Shown piece after piece: positions 55,833-64,000 of a DNA stretch of 64,000 nt; positions within the stretch are counted from its first letter, which is position 1; each line of letters begins with the position of its first letter. The notes beneath the pieces are model-generated. The model had not been told where the DNA came from. It did no database searches and worked only from the letters and a program-made list of their open reading frames with translations. The stretch lies in the NCBI RefSeq assembly GCF_006345805.1, contig NC_043009.1, positions 23,064,001 to 23,128,000 of the forward strand, in the 5' to 3' direction. This DNA is from Octopus sinensis (Eukaryota). The position numbers and the translations under genes are program-made.

Positions 55833-56205
55833 GAGATGGCTATTACACTTTACATTGTCGAGCGATTACTGTTTACATCTCGTTCTGAGATTTAATAATG
55901 CTTGCAGTCAGTGTTTCGAAATCAGTGGCAGTCACTAGAAAAACTCTCATATATTTGCAAACAGGCCTTGTCTTTCGTCGTGATCCGGTGATTACCGCCC
56001 GTTGATAAGAGACAATAATCTCGAAACCGCGGTCCGGTGCGTATCACTGAGGCTTACGAGAAAGGGATGGCCTCCCTTTGCAAATACCATAAGGGCACAG
56101 AAATTGTGTCTAAAGCCAGCTGGAGACGATGATCTCCTGGGGCTAAAAAGCTACAGTAACACCCCCCTTTGTGGTTAGCCATATTGAGATGGCTATTATA
56201 CTTTA
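55833..56205 (+). mobile_element. Retrozyme-like unit C (divergent subfamily, 353-bp monomer)
   Basis: GAGATGGCTATTA(C/T)ACTTTA at 55833 and 56186; colinear but diverged relative to A and B. Confidence 0.75.
55999..56037 (+). ncRNA. Hammerhead ribozyme of unit C (U3-A8 variant)
   Basis: CCG-TTGATAA-GAGA/caataa/TCTC-GAAA-CCGCGG-TC-CGG. Confidence 0.78.
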
Positions 56206-56454
56206 TATATATTTATATATAAATATATATATATATATATTGTGTGTGTGTGTGTGTGTGTGTGCGTGTGTGTGTGAGTGTCTTTGTGTCTATTTTTGTC
56301 TCCTATCACCCATCAACCGGTGTAGGTGTGTTTACGTACCTGTAACTTAGCGGCTCGGCAAAGAGTACCAGGCTTAAAAAAAAGTATTAGGGCGAATCAT
56401 TCGACTAAAATTGTTGAATGGCTGTAGTCTAATGACTGAAGCAAATTATATATA

Positions 56455-57385
56455 TCTTTATATATATAAAACTGGGAATGTGTGTCTGTCTGTCTGTCTG
56501 TGTGTTTCCCTAAAACTTGAGAACTACACAACCAATTTCATTCAAATTTTACACATGCCTTACTTAGGGTCCGGGGAGTGTCATCAACTTTTTGCCTAGG
56601 GCGAGCCCACAGCAATAACAATAAAAGTAATAACAACAATTGAATTATATGTACTAAGTAATAATTAAAAATCAAACTAAAGTATAATATAATTGTAACA
56701 TAACAAAAGTAAAAATAGCAATTGGTATAAAATTGCATCAATGACTTGAACTTGAATAAGTGGTTTCACATGAATGGGAATAAATTAAAAATAAAATTAG
56801 CGTGCAGAAATGGAATAGTCCAGATGGATAATAAAAAATTAAATTAAAGAAAAGACTATTGTCTATAAAGTATACAATGTAGAGAAAAAAGATTTGAACA
56901 CATGGAGGAAAGCACCTTCGAAAAGTGTCTTGGTGCGACTATGAAAGGTATGTAATCAGAGGCGGTAAATTCGCCACAATAGAAGCAAGGTTCGAGTCAA
57001 CGGAGCGTGCAAGGGAGTACTCGACTCGAACTTGCAAAGTGGAAATATTTTATTTTTACCTTTATATCTGGGACGTAGGACGTCCCGGAAAAAATTTAAA
57101 ATGCCCCCCCCCCAGAAGTAGTGGTAGGCTGGATTGTAGCCACACTTCTGTACAAGAGGGAGGACAAGATACAATTGATCGAAATTACAAGAGACAGGCT
57201 AACAATTCCAGTCTGTTATATATTTTGAGTATTGTTATCACTAACGATATCAAGATATAACTTTGTATTTTGTATTTTATGTGTAGATGTATATATATAG
57301 ATGTACATGTAATATGTACACATATATATACACATATATACATGTACTAGCACTATGACCCGGCAACGACGGGTCTTTAATGCTA

Positions 57386-57387
<2 letters not shown>
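56455..57387 (+). mobile_element. Possible Helitron-type element enclosing a Tx1 ORF1 fragment
   Basis: 5' TATATATAAAACTGGGAATG start; hairpin + CTAG|T terminus at 57356-57387; continuity between the ends is not proven. Confidence 0.45.
56850..57170 (+). pseudogene. Isolated, decayed Tx1 ORF1 fragment
   Basis: KTIVYKVYN and YVIRGGKFATIEARFESTERARE align to KTVVYKVYS and HVVRGARSATVEAHFDSADVARE of copy 3. Confidence 0.7.
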
Positions 57388-57423
<36 letters not shown>

Positions 57424-57424
57424 T

Positions 57425-57855
57425 CTTTTACTTGTTTCTGTCATTTGAATGCGACCATGCTGGAGCATCGTCTTAAAGGGTTTTAGTCGAGTAAATCGAC
57501 CCCAGGACTTATTCTTTGTAAGCCTAGTACTTATTCTATCGGCCTCTTTTGCCGGACCGCAAAGTTACGGGGACGTAAACACACCAGCATCGGTCATCAA
57601 GTGATGGTGGGGAGACAAACACAGACACACACACACACACATACATACGCACACATACACACACACACACACAATATATATATATATATATATATACACA
57701 CAACGGGCTTCTTTCAGTTTCCGTCTACCAAATCCACTCAGAAGGCTTTGGTTGGCCTGCGGATACAGTAGAAGACACTTACCCAAGGTTCCACACTATG
57801 GGTCTGAACCCGGAACCATGTGGTTGGGGAGCAAGCTTCTTACCACACAGCCATG
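57425..57855 (-). mobile_element. Composite tRNA-SINE (family B head + (TG/TA)n + family C tail)
   Basis: Same order as 61140-61566. Confidence 0.8.
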
Positions 57856-57950
57856 CCTTTGCCTCTCACACTTATTTTCTCAACCTTTAAATTAATAACT
57901 CTGACATTGTCTTACCCAACCATGACCTCCACCACAACCACCAGCACCAG

Positions 57951-57992
<42 letters not shown>

Positions 57993-58739
57993 CATCACCA
58001 AAAGCACCAACCTCAGCACATGTACTACCACCGACACCCTCAATGTTCATTGTCACTAATATACCACTTCAAGACTATCGCTAGTACTATGACACTAGTA
58101 CCCCACAACACGAAAAAAAAGCAGCACCTTAATCACTACTCCTCACCATCCTAACCATACCACCCAGCACTCCTACAATTACCGCCACCATCATCCACCA
58201 CATACCACCAATTTCCACTGCTTTGCTAATCTTGTAAAAGCCATCATCACTCCATTAACACCACGATCGCCTCCTCAAAAATAACCACCCCCCTACAATA
58301 ACCACGACCGCCATCAAGTCTATTCACTACTACTACTTGCAGCCCAAACCACTCTTTAGCGACCACCCCTACAATACCCCTCCATCCGTCCACTATCCAT
58401 CCATCCATCCACCCACCCACCATTATTACCTTTTTACCAGCATACTTTCCTCTATGTCTCAGGTAACATACATCACGTGTTCACCATGCTACATAACATC
58501 AATGCCATACCGTTGCTTGAATATCACAAGCAGAACAGCAAGCGTTCCTCCGCCAACCATTATATAGTTCTATTATAAACATCCGTCTTAAAATGGCAGA
58601 TTTGTTTAGTTACGTCAGTACAGCAAACATCTCTATTTTCTGTACTTTACTGGGCGTAATAGAGGTGTTTCACTTTTGTTAATATAGATTACCAGCAAAA
58701 ATCGCTGTCCTAATTCCATACACATATTTTGGTTTCAAA

Positions 58740-59815
58740 ATTTTCCACAAGCCCTGCAATTTCGGGAGAAGGGGTAAGCGGTAAGTCGATTACATCGACC
58801 CCCAGTACTGGACTGGTATTTATTTTATCGATCTCGAAACGATGAAGGGCCAAGTCGAATTTAGAGGAATTTGAACTCAGAAACTTTTTTTCCGGAGCAC
58901 TGACGATTCTGCTAACTCATAGCATTTCCTCTATAATTAATATCCTTTTCTACTCTAGGCACAAGGCCCGAAATTTTTGGGGTGGGGGCCAGTCAATTAG
59001 ATCGACTCCAGTGCGTAACTGGTACTAAATTTATCGACTCTTAAAGCATGAAAGGCAAAGTCGACCTCGGCGGAATTTGAACTCAGAACGTAAACATGAA
59101 AGAAGTGCTGCTAAACCTTTTGCCTGGCTTGTTAACGATTCTACCAGCTCATCACCTTTCTGCTACAATTATTACTATTGACTTCAAATTTTGGCACAAA
59201 CCCAGCAATTTTGATGGACGGGGTTAGGGGTAAGTCGATTACATCGATCCCAGTCTTTCGCTGGTACTTATTTTATCGACCCTGAAAGGATGAAAGGCAA
59301 AGTGTCCTACGGCGGAATTTGAACTCAGAACGTACAGACGGACGAAATGTCGATAAGCATTTTGCCCGGCGTGCTAACGGTTCTGCCAGCTCTGCACCCT
59401 TCCCATCCATATAATTAAAGCTGCTTTTCTGCTCTTCTGCCGTTTCCTTTTCACTCACATTTAATCATTACTCACATTTATTCATAACACACTCACTGAT
59501 TCATTGATTTACTTGCTTCCTAACTCCTCCTTGTAGTCGTTATTATCGACAGGAGTAGGGCTGTTAGACTTCTTCGTGTAGAAAAAGGCGGCGTGTTGGC
59601 AGAAACGTTAGCACGCCGAGCGAAATGCTTAGCGGTATTTCGTCTGCCGCTGCGTTCTGAGTTCAAATTCCGCCAAGGTTGAGTTTGCCTTTCATCCTTT
59701 CGGGGTCGATTAAACAAGTACCAGTTACGCACTGGGGTCGATGTAATCGACTTAATCCGTTTGTCTGTCCTTGTTAGTCCCCTCTATGTCTAGCCCCTTG
59801 TGGGCAATAAAGAAA
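58740..59815. mobile_element. Cluster of four family A SINEs (three minus; one plus at 59586-59815)
   Basis: Repeated GGAATTTGAACTCAG and GTCGATTACATCGA motifs. Confidence 0.8.
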
Positions 59816-59879
59816 TGATAAACTTCTTCATGTAGATCTCGTCCATTGATACTAACAATCGACACGTACCGTTCTGAGT

Positions 59880-60170
59880 ACAAATTGCCTATTAGAATCA
59901 ATGGGCGACTACAGTGTGTACCTCGAGAAGCATGTAATTTTTCCTTCTCGGTTAGTCCAGGCGAAAGATGTATGAAGAACGCATTTGAGAAGGTTGAGGA
60001 CAACACTAGATATCTAAGTTCTCATCAGCTTCTTTAAGTATCGTTTGGTGAGGAAGGCGATGGAAGAGGGGGAAAGTTTGGCCTCGAATAAATTTGATGA
60101 AATGTAGTCGCACGTCGCTGAATTGGTACGTATGAGAAGGTGAGTTACAAGAGTTTGTTTGCAGCTTTGA
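59880..60170 (+). pseudogene. Decayed Tx1 ORF2 C-terminal remnant
   Basis: FFKYRLVRKAMEEGESL resembles FFKYHLKRKVRVERQVL of copies 1 and 2. Confidence 0.5.
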
Positions 60171-60387
60171 ATTAGCAACAAGAAAACGTCCCTTGGTGAA
60201 AGACGATTGGGTTCCTGAAATGATCTCTTTTATACTAGAATTGCCGGCCTTGTGCCAAAATTTGAAGCCAACACTTAGGTGTCGCTATTCAGCATGAAAC
60301 ATGTATGTATGTATGTATGTATGTATGTATGTATGTATGTATGTATGTATGTATGTATCTATGTATGTATGTATGTATGTATGTGTG

Positions 60388-60434
<47 letters not shown>

Positions 60435-60438
60435 ATCC

Positions 60439-60513
<75 letters not shown>

Positions 60514-60551
60514 CATCATCTATCTATCTATCTATCTATCTATCTGTATCC

Positions 60552-60602
<51 letters not shown>

Positions 60603-60606
60603 CATC

Positions 60607-60692
<86 letters not shown>

Positions 60693-60710
60693 ATGTTTTC
60701 TATTTTTCAG

Positions 60711-60879
60711 TGTCGTCAAAAATCTCTCGAATTGTGAATGGTGAGTCAGTACCTCATTGTAATTTCCCTTGGATTGTCAATTTAAGAATACTGCGGGAAC
60801 ATAATTACAAGGACTATACACAGATGTGCGGCGCATCATTGATTGCCAGAAACAAAGTTATAACGGCTGCACATTGTGT
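60711..60879 (+). CDS. S1 (trypsin/chymotrypsin-like) serine protease exon: activation site and catalytic His
   Basis: TTTTTCAG acceptor; SSKISR-IVNG...FPW...CGASLI...VITAAHC; GTAAGT donor (phase 1 to phase 2). Confidence 0.93.
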
Positions 60880-61139
60880 GTAAGTGTTGAGCTCCGATTC
60901 TTTAACTTGAGCCATTAGGGTTCAAGGCATATTTGAAGACACTTAATTATCGATATATTACTGGGGAGAAAAATCAATTAAAAGGCCTCACATTGAAGCA
61001 GACATCGAAGCTGAAGGCATATTCATATAATAATCTTTACTGAATTACCAAATATGTCCTCAAATACCTCTTGCATCCTGTGCTTGCTTCTTATTGGGAC
61101 ACTTGTAGTGATGAGTAGAATTTACTGGGAAGTTAAAGC

Positions 61140-61361
61140 TTGTTACTCTTTTACTCTTTTACTTGTTTCAGTCATTTGACTGTGGCCATGCTGGAGCACC
61201 GTCTTTAGTCGAGCAAATCGACCCAAGGACTTAGTCTTTGTAAGCTTAGTACTTATTTTATCGGTCTCTTTTGCCGAACCTCTAAGTTACGGTGACGTAA
61301 ACACACCAACATCGGTTGTTAAGCGATGCTGGGGGGGGGGAGGACAAACACAGACACACAA

Positions 61362-61392
<31 letters not shown>

Positions 61393-61566
61393 CGCATATA
61401 CATACATATATACGACGGGTTTCTTTCAGTTTCCGTCTACCAATTTCACTCACAAGGCTTTGGTCGGCCCGAGGCTATAGTAGAAGACACTTGCCCAAGG
61501 TGCCACGCAGTGGGGCTGAACCCAGAACCATGTGGTTGGTAAGCAAGCTACCTACCACACAGCCAC
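61140..61566 (-). mobile_element. Composite tRNA-SINE (B head + C tail) in a protease intron
   Basis: Near-consensus copy. Confidence 0.85.
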
Positions 61567-61639
61567 GTGTAAGCAGCCGGAATATTGTGTAACCGACGAG
61601 TGTTCCGTTACTTTGGAGAACACAACTACAACTGTCACC

Positions 61640-61808
61640 ACCGAGTAAAACATTGATCGTGTACATCACATGGTGATGGATGACAGGCGATTGACTATAA
61701 ATCAAATAGCCTATGTCATTAGCAAATCCCGTGAGAGAGTTGAGAATATTCTGCACAATGAACTTGGTATGCCGAAGGTTTCTGCTCGGTGGGTGGCACG
61801 TCTTGTGA
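61640..61808 (+). mobile_element. mariner transposase fragment (HTH/linker)
   Basis: DRRLTINQIA..IS.SRERVENILHNELGMPKVSARWVARL (WVP-type motif). Confidence 0.85.
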
Positions 61809-62259
61809 TCAAAAGCGCACCAGGCGGGAAATATGACATCGTTTGTGGGTAGATCCAGCTAGCTTCCTTGAACGTTTCCTAACCCAGGAAGAAAGAGAAT
61901 GAGACTGGTTTAGTCTTTCGTTAGTGCTCAACCGGGATTTTATTTCATCGACCCCGAAAGGACGAAATGCAATGTTGACCTTAGTGGGATTTGAACTCCG
62001 AAGGTAAAGAGCCGGAACAAATGCCGCAAGGCATTTTGTCTGGCGCTCTAACGATTCCGTCAATTCAGAATAATAATGGTTTCTAATTTAAGTACAAGGC
62101 TAGCAGATTTGAGGGGAGGGGTAAGTCAATGCTATTTTAATAGTAGTAGTAGTAGTAGTAGTAATAGTAGCATCATCATCATCATCAGTAGTAGTAATAG
62201 TAGTGGCAGCAGCAGCAGCAGTAGTAGTCGTAAGTAGTAGTAGTAGCAGCAGCAGTATA

Positions 62260-62292
<33 letters not shown>

Positions 62293-62332
62293 TTGTTGTT
62301 GTTGTTGTTGTTGTTATTGTTGTTGTTGTTGT

Positions 62333-62373
<41 letters not shown>

Positions 62374-62404
62374 GTGATGATGATGTTCTCTCTTTTATTT
62401 CCAG

Positions 62405-62544
62405 TCGATCAGACAAGAATGGTAAGGTTTTTAGAATTGAAGTAAATTTGGCGACGGATAATCCAGCAAAACCGGTCTACACCATTCAGGGTTTACGTTA
62501 TAAATATATAAAGCAGTACCACCTCAGCAGGAATGGAATGCCAT
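62405..62544 (+). CDS. Serine protease internal exon (not in the ORF track)
   Basis: TTTTATTTCCAG acceptor, GTGAGT donor; 140 nt, phase 2 to phase 1, open frame RSDKNGKVFRIEVNLATDNPAKPVYTIQGLRYKYIKQYHLSRNGMP, bridging the neighbouring exons exactly. Confidence 0.82.
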
Positions 62545-63141
62545 GTGAGTAGGTTTAACCATTGTACATATATTCTCGCTAATCACTGATTCATTTATCG
62601 CTGATCTGGGATAACATGGAACACCCAATTGTGAACCATGTTATGTTTATCATGGATTGATCTGCGATAACACGGGTCTGCTTCTATAACAAGCGCTCCA
62701 GCAACCAGCTACAATGCTCAGCTACCCAGAATGCATTGGCTATTGTGTTAACATGACCATGCTGCAAGGCTGCGTATTTTATGCGGATTTACGTACTCGT
62801 ATTACATGGCACTCCGTCGGTTACGTCAACGAGGTTTCCAGTTGATCCGGTCAACGGAACAGCCTGTCCATGAAATTAACGTGCAAGTCGCTGAGCACCT
62901 CGCGTATATCTTTAACTTAATTCTCAGGGAGATTCAGCGTGACACAGAATGTGACAAGGTCGGCCCTTTGAAATACAGGTACTTCTCATTTTTGCCAGCT
63001 GAGTGGGCTGGAGCAACGTGAAATAAAGTGTCTTGTTCAAGGACATAACGCGTCGCCGGGAATTGAACTCAAGACCTTACGATCGTGAGCTGAATACCCT
63101 AACTACAAAGCCACGCGCCTTCACTCCAACACACACGCACA

Positions 63142-63192
<51 letters not shown>

Positions 63193-63525
63193 GTACAGAA
63201 AAACCCACAAAAATGAGCTAAACAGACAGAGAGGATGCATTAGGTTGACGTTCAGGAAAACTGGTAAAAGTCCTTAACGTTTCGAGATTATGCTCTTCTA
63301 CGGAAAGAATAGATGAGGAGAGAAAAAGAGGAAAAAAACTAATGTCTTAATTAGTGGACCACGCACATTATGTATGTATGTATGTATGTATGTATGTATG
63401 TATGTATGTATGTATGTATGTATGTATGTATGTATGTATGTATGTATGTATTGATATATAAAAGTGAGTTTGGAGGGATATACACACACACATGTATATG
63501 TATTTAAGGTATTTCTCTTTTTCAG

Positions 63526-63657
63526 ATTACGATATTGCTATAATAGAACTGGAACATCGCGTCACCTATTCTAAATGTCTCCGCCCTATCACTCTACCCC
63601 AAAGAAACGATGTTTTCACCGGAAATTGCTGGGCTTTAGGATGGGGCAGTAATGGAT
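63526..63657 (+). CDS. Serine protease exon with catalytic Asp
   Basis: TTTTTCAG acceptor; YDIAIIEL...PITLP...CWALGWG; GTAAGT donor; the catalytic Ser exon lies beyond the window. Confidence 0.92.
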
Positions 63658-63729
63658 GTAAGTACGTTGACCTTTTAATTGATGTTTCTTTTTATATCAA
63701 CACACACGCGCATGCAACAACCACAGCTG

Positions 63730-63890
63730 CACCATATATACGGCGGGTTTCTTTCAGTTTCCGTCTACCAAATCCACTCACAAGGCTTTGGTCGGCCCGA
63801 GGCTATAGTAGAAGACACTTGCCCAAGGTGTCACGCAGTGGGACTGAACCCGACTGGTAAGCAAGCTACTTACCACACAGCCACTCCTAC
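63730..63890 (-). mobile_element. Family B tRNA-SINE
   Basis: Matches 3463-3632 in reverse. Confidence 0.85.
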
Positions 63891-64000
63891 GCCTGTTCTG
63901 GGTTCAAATTTAATCAGTGTCGATTTTGTAGTTCATTCTTCCGGGGACGTTTTCAGATCAATTTAATTGATTTCAGAATTACATCTTTTGTCTAGGCTTT

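Noticed and set aside
58574-58670. TATAAA + ATG ORF (MADLFSYVSTANISIFCTLLGVIE) as an alternative protease first exon
   Set aside because: The good GT donors are phase 0 but exon 60711 needs phase 1, and the TATA is only 14 nt before the ATG. Not excluded if a further small exon exists.

Overview
Eukaryotic, AT-rich, microsatellite-saturated DNA, most likely an octopus (coleoid cephalopod) genome, judged from SINE families I recognise; this is an inference and no search was run. The only host gene is a + strand trypsin-family (S1) serine protease. Three internal exons (60711-60879, 62405-62544, 63526-63657) join in frame, and a candidate signal-peptide exon at 31932-32007 would imply a ~28.7 kb first intron. 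Transposons make up most of the rest: three large Tx1/L1-clade LINEs (1-2542, ~12988-19175, 50271-55595), a Penelope-like element (RT + GIY-YIG) inside ~1.05 kb inverted repeats (4530-8680), R4/Dong-type, RTE and HERO-like LINE fragments, mariner remnants, a pogo/Tigger-like MITE, Helitron-type non-autonomous elements and many tRNA-derived SINEs. The most interesting layer is non-coding. About ten type I hammerhead ribozyme motifs are readable by eye, several inside fold-back repeats embedded in (TA)n. Three belong to a ~352-nt, highly structured, circularly permuted retrozyme-like unit (48465-48854, 50011-55819, 55833-56205) whose stems covary between copies, including the tertiary C3-G8 to U3-A8 swap. 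One copy is interrupted by a full-length Tx1 LINE with a 20-bp target-site duplication ending exactly at hammerhead stem I, and the empty site is present in the window. The other two Tx1 copies sit against (TATC)n, and a tRNA-SINE shares its 3' tail with the Tx1 elements. Many frameshifts fall in homopolymers and may be assembly errors. TE boundaries are approximate unless a TSD or TIR is cited.
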